NCBI GenBank assembly: GCA_038231135.1
Contig: JBBRLX010000042.1
Coordinates: 1-28,705 of the forward strand
DNA: 28,705 bases
Reading direction: 5' to 3'
DNA from: Candidatus Eiseniibacteriota bacterium
GTDB taxonomy: Bacteria > Eisenbacteria > RBG-16-71-46
In this document: positions 1-8,116 of the stretch, one piece after another
How positions within the stretch are numbered: position 1 is the first letter of the stretch
Layout: the number at the start of each line of letters is the position of its first letter
Made by a program: the position numbers and the translations under genes
Notes under the pieces: generated by a model
Told to the model about the DNA's origin: nothing
Databases searched by the model: none
Seen by the model: only the letters and a program-made list of their open reading frames with translations

Positions 1-114
1 CAGCTCACCAAAATCCGTCCACCCGCCAAGGACCACCCCTGGCGCAAGCCGTATGACCGCAGCCTCCTGCCCGCAATGGCAGAAGCGGGGGATGACAGAA
101 TCACTGCGGAGTAG
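1..114 (+). CDS. 3' end of a transposase (ISNCY/IS1202-like), truncated by window start
   Basis: Frame 1 reads QLTKIRPPAKDHPWRKPYDRSLLPAMAEAGDDRITAE* (TAG 112-114). A P-x-x-D-HPWR tail is, from recall, typical of ISNCY/IS1202-like transposase C-termini, and the stop lies within the terminal repeat array. Confidence 0.7.
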   Translation, partial: QLTKIRPPAKDHPWRKPYDRSLLPAMAEAGDDRITAE

Positions 115-141
115 GGGTGACAGAATCACTGCGGTGCTACA
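1..141 (+). mobile_element. Right end of an insertion sequence (IS1202/ISNCY-like) ending in ...ACA
   Basis: Two exact 17-bp direct repeats TGACAGAATCACTGCGG at 93-109 and 118-134, then TGCTACA ending at 141. TGT...ACA ends with iterated subterminal binding sites are the architecture of IS1202/IS481/IS21-type elements. Confidence 0.72.
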
Positions 142-268
142 ACGGCGAGCGGGACCGGCCGCCGAGCGCCGAACCCGCGGTTTGCCGCGCTGGTGCGGGG
201 ACAGGCGCGCGAATCCGGGCGCCGCAGTAGCGTGCGGCGCTCACGAGATCTTCGAGGAGAACGCCGCC

Positions 269-1405
269 ATGCCCGGACTCCGCCTGGTTCCTCCCCTTGC
301 CGTGTCGCCGCCCGACGGGCGGTCGAGCCCGGCGCGTCTCGTTGCGCGACACCTGGCTCCAGCCGCGTTCGGCGGGCTGGTGCTGGCGGCCATCCTGCTC
401 GCTCCGGGCTGCGCGAGTGCCGCGCGATCGACCCCTTCGATCGCCGCGCCGCCCGTGAGCGACTCCACCACGGTCGCCGAGCTGCAGCGCCAGGCGATCG
501 CGCTGCTGCCGCACCTCGATACCCCGCTGGCGCGCGAGTTCGTCGCGGCGACGGCGGGGCTGCCGCACATCGCGACACGCTTCGTCTGGTACGACTCGAC
601 GCGCACCCACTACTGGCGCGACGGCGAGGCGTTGGCGCTCGCCGACACCACGCGCGCGCGGCTGATCCGGCGCGAGCTGGACGAGCAGTTCTATTACGAC
701 ACCCGGTACGGCACGCCGCTCGCCTACGCCCGTCCGCTCGAACTGCTGGCACGCGCGGGGTTCACCGGGGTCGCCGGCAAACGCATCGCGGATTTCGGCT
801 ACGGCACGATCGGCCACCTCCGGCTGCTCGCGGCACTCGGCGCCGATGTGACCGGCATCGACGTGGACCCGCTGCTCGACCGGCTCTACGGCGAGCCCGG
901 CGATCGCGGGGTGGTGACGGGCGCGAACGGCCGGCAGGGCCGGATCACACTCGCGACCGGCAGCTTTCCCGGCGATTCCGCGGTCGCTGCCACAGTGGGC
1001 GGCGGCTACCAGTTGTTCCTGTCCAAGAACACGCTCAAGAACGGCTACCTCCACCCCGCCCAGCCCGTGAATCCGCGCATGCTCGTGCACCTGGGGGTGG
1101 ACGACACCACGTTCGTGCGGTCGATGGCCGGGGTGCTCGCTCCGGGCGGCCTGGCGATGATCTACAACCTGTGCCCGGCGCCGAGTCCGCCCGGCAAGCC
1201 ATACATCCCATGGTCCGATGGCCGGTGCCCGTTCTCGCGCGAACAATGGAACGCCGCCGGCTTCGAGGTGCTGCAGTTCGATCGCGACGATTCTCCCGCG
1301 GCCCGCGCGATGGCCCACGCGCTGGGCTGGGACCAGGGACCGCAGCCGATGGATCTCGCCCACGACCTGTTCGCCACCTACACGCTGGTGCGGAAACGCG
1401 GTTAG
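269..1405 (+). CDS. Class I SAM-dependent methyltransferase-fold protein, possibly exported/lipoprotein (378 aa)
   Basis: GAGGAG at 254-259 before ATG 269. Motif I-like RIADFGYGTIG then VTGIDVD, later LAPGGLAMI. Hydrophobic FGGLVLAAILLAPGC ends in a lipobox-like Cys. Start uncertain. Confidence 0.7.
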   Translation: MPGLRLVPPLAVSPPDGRSSPARLVARHLAPAAFGGLVLAAILLAPGCASAARSTPSIAAPPVSDSTTVAELQRQAIALLPHLDTPLAREFVAATAGLPHIATRFVWYDSTRTHYWRDGEALALADTTRARLIRRELDEQFYYDTRYGTPLAYARPLELLARAGFTGVAGKRIADFGYGTIGHLRLLAALGADVTGIDVDPLLDRLYGEPGDRGVVTGANGRQGRITLATGSFPGDSAVAATVGGGYQLFLSKNTLKNGYLHPAQPVNPRMLVHLGVDDTTFVRSMAGVLAPGGLAMIYNLCPAPSPPGKPYIPWSDGRCPFSREQWNAAGFEVLQFDRDDSPAARAMAHALGWDQGPQPMDLAHDLFATYTLVRKRG

Positions 1406-1414
1406 AATCGCGCG

Positions 1415-1894
1415 ATGGAATCTCGCGCGGCCGCCCTGATCCACGAGCTCCGCCTCGCGCCGCATCCCGAGGGCGGCTGGTATCGCGAGACGTTTCGCTC
1501 GCCGCGCACGGTGCTCGTGAACGACGTTTCGCGGTCGGCGATCACGACGATCCTCTACCTGCTGGCGCGCGCCGAGCTGAGCCGCTGGCACCGCGTGGCG
1601 CAGGACGAGCTGTGGCACTTTCTCGACGGCGATGCGCTCGAACTGCTCGTGCTGGCGGACGGCCGTGGATCGAGGGAGCGTTACGAGCTGGCGCGGGCCG
1701 GCGATGGCGGCGAGCCGCTCGCCGTCGTGCCCGCGGGCCACTGGCAGGCGGCGCGGGCGACCGGCGACTGGTCGCTCGTGAGCTGCACCATGGGTCCGGG
1801 CTTCGAATTCGAGGAGTTCACGCTGTTGCGCGACGACGCGCGCGCGCCGGAAATCCTCGCCGCGATGCCGGCGGACTGGCGCGAGCTGCTGTAG
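1415..1894 (+). CDS. DUF985 (Cupin_5) family cupin
   Basis: LAPHPEGGWYRETFRS, TTILYLL, WHRVAQDELWHF, VVPAGHWQAA, LVSCTMGPGFEFEEF match family signatures. Confidence 0.92.
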   Translation: MESRAAALIHELRLAPHPEGGWYRETFRSPRTVLVNDVSRSAITTILYLLARAELSRWHRVAQDELWHFLDGDALELLVLADGRGSRERYELARAGDGGEPLAVVPAGHWQAARATGDWSLVSCTMGPGFEFEEFTLLRDDARAPEILAAMPADWRELL

Positions 1895-1989
1895 CGCACG
1901 CACGGCCGCGGCCGCGGGGGACGCGGCGGGTGCTGCATTGCCGCGGCGTGCGCGGGTGCGGCGCGCCTGTGTGCTAACCTGCGGCACCC

Positions 1990-3831
1990 ATGCCCGACAT
2001 CCTCCGCATCGCGAACGCCGGCGGTTACTGGGGCGACGATCTCGGACAGTTCCAGCGGCAGCTCGAGCTGGGACCGGTCGACTGCATCACGCTCGATTTC
2101 CTCGCCGAAATCACCATGTCGATCATGCAGAAGCAGCGCGCGCGCGATGCACGCTCGGGGTTCGCGCGTGATTTCGTGGCGCAGGTCGAGGCCGCGCTGC
2201 CGCTGCTGGCTGCGAACGGCACGCGCGTGATCACCAATGCGGGCGGCGTGAACCCGCTCGCCTGCCGGATCGCGCTGATCGAGGTCACGCGTCAGCACGG
2301 CACCCCGCTCGAAGTGGCCGCGGTGGTCGGCGACGATCTGCTCGACCGGCTCGGCGAGCTGAACTCCGCGGGCGTCAGTCTCGACAACATGGACGACGGC
2401 GCGCGCTTCACCACGGTGCGCGACCGGGTGTCGTCGGCGAACGCCTACTATGGCGCGTGGCCGCTCGTGGAGGCGCTCGCGAGCGGGGCGCAGATCGTGG
2501 TCACGGGCCGCTGCACCGACACCGGCATCACGCTGGCGCCGATGATCCACGCGTTTGGCTGGCAACCCGACGACTGGGACCGCCTGGCGTCCGGCATCGT
2601 GGCGGGCCACATCGTCGAGTGCGGGGCGCAGAGCACCGGCGGCAATTTCACCGACTGGCGGACGGTGCGCGACTTCGCCGGCATCGGGTACCCGGTGCTC
2701 GAGGTGTCGCCCGACGGATCGTTCATCGTCACGAAGCACCCGGCGACCGGCGGCGCCGTCACCGTGCGCACCGTCAAGGAGCAGCTCGTCTACGAGATGG
2801 GCGATCCGCGCGGCTACATCACTCCCGACGTGGTCGCGGACTTCGGCAGCATCCAGCTCGAGCAGGCCGGACGGAACCGGGTGCGCGTGTGGGGCGTGCG
2901 GGGACGGCCGGCGCCGGCGTCGCTCAAGGTGAGCGCGTCCTACTTCGACGGGTTCAAGGCCAGCGGCACGCTGATCCTCTCGGGGCCCGACGCGGTCGCG
3001 AAGGCGCGGGCGTTCGGGGAGCTGTTCTGGAAGCGGCTCGGCGTGGAGTTCGCGGCGAAGCACGTGGAGTGGATCGGTCATTCGGCGTGCTGGGGTCCGC
3101 TGGCGCCGCCGGTCGATCCTCCCGAAGTGCTGTTGCGGCTGTCGGTGCGCGACCGGGACCGGGCGAAGATCGAGGCGTTCTCCAAGATGGTCCCCGCCGT
3201 GATCCTGTCGGGCCCGCCGAGCGTGGCGGTGACGGGTGGCAGGCCCCAGGCGCAGGAGGTCGTGGCGTACTGGCCGGCGCTGGTGCCGCGCGACCACGTG
3301 AAGCCGAGCCTGGTCACGAGCTCGGGCGAGCGCCGGCTCGAATGGCCGACCCCGATCGTGGCCCAGGTCCCGCCGCCGGCGCTGCCGCGGCAGAGCTGGC
3401 CGGCCGCGAAGGGCGGCGCGCGCGTGGTGGCGGTGCCGCTGTCGCGGCTGGCGCATGCCCGGAGCGGCGACAAGGGCGACACCGCGAACATCGGCCTCAT
3501 CGCCCGGGCCCCCGAGATCTATCCGTGGCTCCGGAAGACCGTGACCGCGGCGCTCGTGAAGCGGCGCTTCAAGGGAATCTGTCTCGGCCGGGTCGAGCGT
3601 CACGAAGTGCCCAACCTGTGGGCGTTGAATTTCCTGATGCACGAATCGCTTGGCGGCGGCGGCACCGTGTCGTTGCGCCTCGACGCGCAGGGCAAGACCC
3701 TGTCCCACGCGTTGCTGGCGATGGAGGTCCGGGTGCCCCGCAATCTGTTGAGCGCCGCCGAACGCGAGGATGCGGCCTCCGGCTCGTCAGGACCCGGCAA
3801 GGCTTCGCGGGCACATCCAGTTCGGCGTTGA
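1990..3831 (+). CDS. Acyclic terpene utilization AtuA family protein (DUF1446) with C-terminal AtuA-related domain
   Basis: RIANAGGYWGD, DFLAEITM, ITNAGGVNP, IVVTGRCTD, AGHIVECGAQSTGGNF, KEQLVYE-x-GDPRGYITPDV, HARSGDKGDTANIG, SLRLDAQGK. Confidence 0.92.
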   Translation: MPDILRIANAGGYWGDDLGQFQRQLELGPVDCITLDFLAEITMSIMQKQRARDARSGFARDFVAQVEAALPLLAANGTRVITNAGGVNPLACRIALIEVTRQHGTPLEVAAVVGDDLLDRLGELNSAGVSLDNMDDGARFTTVRDRVSSANAYYGAWPLVEALASGAQIVVTGRCTDTGITLAPMIHAFGWQPDDWDRLASGIVAGHIVECGAQSTGGNFTDWRTVRDFAGIGYPVLEVSPDGSFIVTKHPATGGAVTVRTVKEQLVYEMGDPRGYITPDVVADFGSIQLEQAGRNRVRVWGVRGRPAPASLKVSASYFDGFKASGTLILSGPDAVAKARAFGELFWKRLGVEFAAKHVEWIGHSACWGPLAPPVDPPEVLLRLSVRDRDRAKIEAFSKMVPAVILSGPPSVAVTGGRPQAQEVVAYWPALVPRDHVKPSLVTSSGERRLEWPTPIVAQVPPPALPRQSWPAAKGGARVVAVPLSRLAHARSGDKGDTANIGLIARAPEIYPWLRKTVTAALVKRRFKGICLGRVERHEVPNLWALNFLMHESLGGGGTVSLRLDAQGKTLSHALLAMEVRVPRNLLSAAEREDAASGSSGPGKASRAHPVRR

Positions 3832-3952
3832 CCGCGCCCCCTGTGCGGCGCATCGTCTGTCATCGCTCACACACTCGCGCGGGCGACGGCCGCTCCTCGA
3901 TGGATCCGCCGTTCCAGCAATGCCTGCGCGTATTTCCAGGAGGAGGCGGATC

Positions 3953-4477
3953 ATGATGAACCGGAACCAGCTCACCGAGACGTGGGACCTGCTGCGCCAG
4001 ACGCACGGCATCGGGCTGCGGGCGATCGCAGCGCTCCCCGCCGACAAGATCGACGCCACGGTGATCCCGAACATGCGCACGCCCAAGCAGCTCGTCGTTC
4101 ACATGTACGCCAGTGTGTTCCGCGAACTCGCCGAGGGCACGCTGCGCGGCAAGGTCCAGGAGATCGACGAGAAGCCGCTGTGCGATGGCATCAAGACGCA
4201 GGCGGAGCTGCTGCAGTTCGCGACGGCGCAGTGGCAGGCCGCCGACAAGGCGGTCTCGCAGATCACGGACACGCACCTCACGAACATGGTGTCCACCCCG
4301 TGGCAGTTCGAGGCGCCGGGTGCCGTGATCGTGGGATTCTGCCATGACGAGTATCTGCATCATCGCGGCCAGCTCTACGCGTACCTGCGCACGGTCGGCG
4401 CGGAGCCCCCGTTCCTGTGGGACTTCGAGCACAACGCGCCCGAGTACCAGCCGAAGCCGCAAACCGCCACGGCCTGA
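3953..4477 (+). CDS. DinB family protein (174 aa)
   Basis: Strong AGGAGGAGG RBS before ATG 3953. MRTPKQLVVHM and EYLHHRGQLYAYLRTVG carry the DinB His triad. Confidence 0.88.
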   Translation: MMNRNQLTETWDLLRQTHGIGLRAIAALPADKIDATVIPNMRTPKQLVVHMYASVFRELAEGTLRGKVQEIDEKPLCDGIKTQAELLQFATAQWQAADKAVSQITDTHLTNMVSTPWQFEAPGAVIVGFCHDEYLHHRGQLYAYLRTVGAEPPFLWDFEHNAPEYQPKPQTATA

Positions 4478-4506
4478 CCTCCGCGGCGCCTGACGCTGCC
4501 GGAACG

Positions 4507-4627
4507 TAAACAGAAACGGGATCCGCCTCGATGAGAAGCGGATCCCGTTTCAAATACGAGAGGGGGCTGTTGTCCGAGGATCGGGGGCCGCACCCAATAC
4601 CGTCGACGCAACCTCCCCCACTCTGAA
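4507..4627 (-). ncRNA. Candidate sRNA copy A (long irregular hairpin plus terminator)
   Basis: Shares an exact 33-mer (4563-4595) and 15-mer (4609-4623) with copy B. Folds as a ~65-nt rod with G-U pairs on the minus strand, followed by a terminator. Ends approximate. Confidence 0.55.
4513..4551. terminator. Intrinsic terminator hairpin, probably bidirectional
   Basis: Perfect 14-bp stem GAAACGGGATCCGC/GCGGATCCCGTTTC. Minus strand runs out through TTTCTGTTT; plus strand lies 35 nt after the DinB-family stop. Confidence 0.8.
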
Positions 4628-4734
4628 CTCTATTGATGTGTGGTTTCGCCGGAAGGGTCGGAGGTTCTTGCCGGGCGGCAATCCTTTGCAATTCCATGTG
4701 GAGCGATGTGTGTTTACAAATGTGGACACTTCGC

Positions 4735-4850
4735 GGAAATGCGAACGGGACCCGCCTTGCGATGGGTCCCGCCGGAAAATGAGAAAGGGGCTGTTGTCCG
4801 AGGATCGGGGGCCGCACCCGATTCCTTTGGATCAACCTCCCCCACTCATT
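4735..4850 (-). ncRNA. Candidate sRNA copy B (long irregular hairpin plus terminator-like stem)
   Basis: Exact 33-mer at 4787-4819 and 15-mer at 4833-4847, offset 224 nt from copy A. Downstream on minus is CGGGACCC...GGGTCCCG closed by a GCAA tetraloop. Ends approximate. Confidence 0.55.
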
Positions 4851-5050
4851 CATGTAGATGAGCGCATCCCCCGGGGAGTGCAGAAATAATTTGCCATCCA
4901 TGCATGTAGGTGGTTCCACGTAGGGAGTTCTTGGGTTGATCGATTCGCAACTTCCTTCGTCTAATAGAGCTGGCGCGGACCTGACACAATGCAATAATCT
5001 GCTGGCAATTTCGCACCGGGAGTCTGGCTCGTCATTCGAGGAGGTTTTCG

Positions 5051-5428
5051 ATGAACATGCGGCGTACGTGGATTGCAGCCGGCACACTCGGATTGCTCGC
5101 GGTTGTGGCCCTGATCGGCTGTTCGAAGAACAAGAGCACGAATCCGGGAGGTGGCGGCGGCACCGTGGAGCTCGGTTCGACGCTTCCTCCGGGCGGGTCC
5201 TTCAACCATCCGTTCGCCGCAGCCGGGTCGTTCCCCTATCACTGCAGCATCCATCCGATCATGACAGCCACGATCACGGTCGCCACCGGCGGCGCGGATT
5301 CCGCGGTCGTCAACATCACCGGTCCCACGGCGAACGGGTTCCAGCCTCAAACGGTCACGGTCAAGGTTGGCGGCTCGGTGCGGTGGACGAACTCCAGCAG
5401 CCAGACTCATACAGTCACCAGCAACTGA
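5051..5428 (+). CDS. Plastocyanin/amicyanin-like cupredoxin lipoprotein with permuted halves (125 aa)
   Basis: GAGGAGG RBS, lipobox LIGC (Cys24), YHCSIHPIM type-1 copper loop (C65, H68, M71), then FQPQTVTVKVGGSVRWTNSSSQTHTVTS (H120). Confidence 0.85.
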   Translation: MNMRRTWIAAGTLGLLAVVALIGCSKNKSTNPGGGGGTVELGSTLPPGGSFNHPFAAAGSFPYHCSIHPIMTATITVATGGADSAVVNITGPTANGFQPQTVTVKVGGSVRWTNSSSQTHTVTSN

Positions 5429-5449
5429 CATTCGCGGCTGCTGGACGCT

Positions 5450-5490
5450 GCGCCCCTGCCTCGGAGCCTGTGGCAGGGGCGCTACATTTT
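5450..5490 (+). terminator. Intrinsic terminator after cupredoxin gene
   Basis: 11-bp stem GCGCCCCTGCC (5450-5460) / GGCAGGGGCGC (5472-5482) followed by TACATTTT. Confidence 0.65.
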
Positions 5491-5589
5491 GTGGCGATCC
5501 CGACCCTCGAGACGCCGGGCTGTGGCGGCAACCTCGGCGTTTCCGCGCTGTTCGGGGCGTTTCGGCGGAATCGGCCTCGATGGCGCCCA

Positions 5590-5607
5590 CTGGCACCGGC
5601 CATGCAT
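5590..5607 (+). promoter_or_regulatory. Putative sigma54 (-24/-12) promoter
   Basis: CTGGCACCGGCCATGCAT has TGGCAC and exact GG-N10-GC spacing, about 50 nt upstream of ATG 5659. Confidence 0.6.
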
Positions 5608-5658
5608 ATGACCCCGGTGTCGGCCGGTCACCCCCGGCGTACTCAGTCTGGAGGAGCC

Positions 5659-6363
5659 ATGATCACGAATCTCGTCACCCGCCGCATCAGCACCGCGTTG
5701 GCGATGGCCGCAGTGTCGCTCGCGGCGCTGGCGCCCGCGGCGCACGCCGGTCACGCCAATGGCCATGACAAATGGCGGGGCTCCGAGTCCCGCAGCAGCG
5801 GCCACACGCGCGTGGAGTTCCGGGAACACTCGTCCGTGGGCCCGGCGCTCGCCGGCCTCGTGGGCGGCCTGGTGCTGGGAGCGGTGATCGGCTCGCATTC
5901 CGCGCACGCCCAGGAGCGCGTGGTGTACCGCGATCGCTACGTCGACGACGGCGGCGACGGGTACTCGCAGGATTCGCAGGATTCATACGGCGGCGATCCG
6001 GGCTACGACGACGGCAACTACTTCGCGGGCGCTCCGGACGGCTACTACGACCCGGATTCGGGCGTGCGGTATTCGACGCTGGACGCCTGCGGCGCGCAGC
6101 TCCGCCAGTCCCGGCACCCCGCTGTCGTGTACGTGATCCAGGTGCGGTCGGGCCAGTGCATCGACCGGTTCGGCTACAGCAACGGCGGCTGGCGCCGGTA
6201 CGGCATGTCGGGCGGCTACGCGATTCGCGGCCGGTGGGACAGCGGCAGCGACCGGACGTGGAACCGTAACGACCGCGGGAATCGCGATGACCGCGACGAC
6301 CGCCGGTACCGTGGCGATGACCGCCGCGACGACGGGCGTGGCGACCGTGAGGGCAACGAATAG
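5659..6363 (+). CDS. Secreted hypothetical protein with glycine-zipper-like segment and D/R-rich tail (234 aa)
   Basis: GGAGGAG RBS, signal peptide ending APAAHA, internal ALAGLVGGLVLGAVIG, two Cys, tail NDRGNRDDRDDRRYRGDDRRDD. Confidence 0.8.
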   Translation: MITNLVTRRISTALAMAAVSLAALAPAAHAGHANGHDKWRGSESRSSGHTRVEFREHSSVGPALAGLVGGLVLGAVIGSHSAHAQERVVYRDRYVDDGGDGYSQDSQDSYGGDPGYDDGNYFAGAPDGYYDPDSGVRYSTLDACGAQLRQSRHPAVVYVIQVRSGQCIDRFGYSNGGWRRYGMSGGYAIRGRWDSGSDRTWNRNDRGNRDDRDDRRYRGDDRRDDGRGDREGNE

Positions 6364-6561
6364 CGAGGCGTTCACCAGCGTGTGGGCCCGCCAGGCGCAC
6401 TCGGAGATTGGGGAGCGTCCGGAGTTGCGACAACGGGTTCACCGAAACGACGGGCGGTGTCGAAAGACGCCGCCCGTTCGTGATTCGGGATCGGGGCCGT
6501 ATCGCGGGCGGGCCCGGACCCGATCCTCCAAGCCCGTGGCGGCGGCGACCGGGCGGCGAAA

Positions 6562-8100
6562 TCAGGCCGCGAGCATCTCGGCGGTGGACTGCTGGTACTC
6601 GTCGGGCCGCAACACGCGCACGACGCGCTCTTCGAGCGGCATCGGCGTCCACAGCAGCGGCTCGTTCTCCGGCACCAGGCTGCCGTCGGGTCGCACCAGC
6701 ACCCGGCAATGCGGCCGCCGCAGGTCGTTCACATTGGGGGACAGCGACAGCACCATGTGTCCCGACTCGGTCTGGAGCATCGAACCCGCCGGATAGAGCC
6801 CGACCGCCCGCACCAGCGCCCACAGCACCGCGGGGTCGAACATGACCCGGTTGGGGCCGAGGAAGTACTGCAGGGCCTCGAACGCGGACAGTGGCCGCGA
6901 CTGGTAGGCGCGATGGGCCGTCATGGCGTCGAAGCAGTCCGCGACCGCCACGATCCGCGACAGTGTGGCCTGCCCCCATTCATGCGCGACCTCGGGGTAG
7001 CCGGTGCGGTCGAAATTCATGTGGTGCTCGAACGCGGCGCGCATGGAATCGAGCGTGAGGCTCGACAGCCCCGGCATGCGCACCATCATGCGGACGCCCT
7101 CGAGCGGATGCCGCTTCATCTGCGCCCATTCGGTCGCGCTGAGCTTGGCGGGCTTGCGGAGCACGTCGCCCGGGATCATCAGCTTGCCGATGTCGTGCAG
7201 CAGGCCCGCCACGCCCAGATCGGCCAGCGTCTGGCGCTCGAACCCCAGCACGTTGCCCATGCTGATCGACAGGATGCTCACGTTCACGCAATGGGCGTAG
7301 GTGTACTCGTCGTGATCCTTGAGCGCGGTGAGCCCGACCACCGAGTATTCGTTCTTCATGATGTTGTCGACCACCGGCTGCACGAGGCGCTTCGCGTGGC
7401 GCAGGTCCGGCCGGCCGTTCTGGCGCGCGCGCAGCACGATCTTCTTGGTGCCGAGCACCGCCCGCCAGAACACGCGCTTGGCGCGGACGCGCTCTGAGCC
7501 GGGGCCGTGAGAGTCGAGTTGCACCGCGCGCTCGTCGACGAGCGTCTGCTCGCCGAGCGGGATCACGTGGAAGATGCTGGCCTCTTCGGCGGCTTCGATG
7601 AATCGCGCCGCGAGCCCCGGGTCCTCGGCGGCCATGAACAACTGAAAGAATCGCTCGAACTCGGCACTGGTCACGCCCTGCGTGAACCGGATGCCGCCGA
7701 TCGAGCGGCGTTCGAATTCCACCAGCAGCGCGTGGTACACGGTCAGGTAGGACGATGTCGCGCGCACCCGCACGCCGTTCAGGTAGAAGTAGTCGGAGAT
7801 CGTGGATAGCGTGAGCTCCTGCTCGTCCTCGAGCGACTTGAGCACCAGCTTCATGAATTCGCCGAGCCGGCGCTGGAACGCCTGATTCGAGACGTCGTGG
7901 GTGCGCGCGATGCGGATCAGCGTGGTCAGGTGGATGACCATCGGCACGCCGGTCGCGGCGAGGAACGCCTCGTCGGAATCGCGCGGCGCGCGGGCCGGGC
8001 CGCCGCCCGCGGACGCGTGCGCCGCCGTGGGACCGGAATCTCCCGCGGACGCCGGGTGACCGTCCCCGGCGTTCCCCCGCGGGCGGGGTTCGTCGTTCAT
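6562..8100 (-). CDS. HD-GYP domain cyclic dinucleotide phosphodiesterase (about 512 aa)
   Basis: HDEYTYAHCVNV, LLHDIGK, MKRHP, HHMNFDRTGYP, VADCFDAMTAHRAY, FDP. ATG 8100 has a GGAGG RBS; alternative ATG 8124 overlaps the upstream stop. Confidence 0.9.
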   Translation of the reverse strand: MNDEPRPRGNAGDGHPASAGDSGPTAAHASAGGGPARAPRDSDEAFLAATGVPMVIHLTTLIRIARTHDVSNQAFQRRLGEFMKLVLKSLEDEQELTLSTISDYFYLNGVRVRATSSYLTVYHALLVEFERRSIGGIRFTQGVTSAEFERFFQLFMAAEDPGLAARFIEAAEEASIFHVIPLGEQTLVDERAVQLDSHGPGSERVRAKRVFWRAVLGTKKIVLRARQNGRPDLRHAKRLVQPVVDNIMKNEYSVVGLTALKDHDEYTYAHCVNVSILSISMGNVLGFERQTLADLGVAGLLHDIGKLMIPGDVLRKPAKLSATEWAQMKRHPLEGVRMMVRMPGLSSLTLDSMRAAFEHHMNFDRTGYPEVAHEWGQATLSRIVAVADCFDAMTAHRAYQSRPLSAFEALQYFLGPNRVMFDPAVLWALVRAVGLYPAGSMLQTESGHMVLSLSPNVNDLRRPHCRVLVRPDGSLVPENEPLLWTPMPLEERVVRVLRPDEYQQSTAEMLAA

Positions 8101-8116
8101 GTGCGCCTCCCCGCCG

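Noticed and set aside
4563..4847. 33-bp repeats as a CRISPR array
   Set aside because: Only two copies, 191 nt apart, with extra conserved flanking blocks and no cas genes.
4670..4900. Sigma54 promoters for the candidate sRNAs (CGGCAATCCTTTGC, TGGCAAATTATTTCTGC)
   Set aside because: Neither has the required GG-N10-GC spacing.
4278..5087. Minus-strand ORFs sharing VRPPILGQQP as a small peptide family
   Set aside because: No equivalent start or stop in the two copies, both run through terminator-like hairpins, and identity includes third codon positions, which fits RNA-level constraint better. Not fully excluded.
4936..5658. N-terminal extension of the 475-aa ORF
   Set aside because: Overlaps the cupredoxin gene out of frame and crosses a terminator; real start is 5659.
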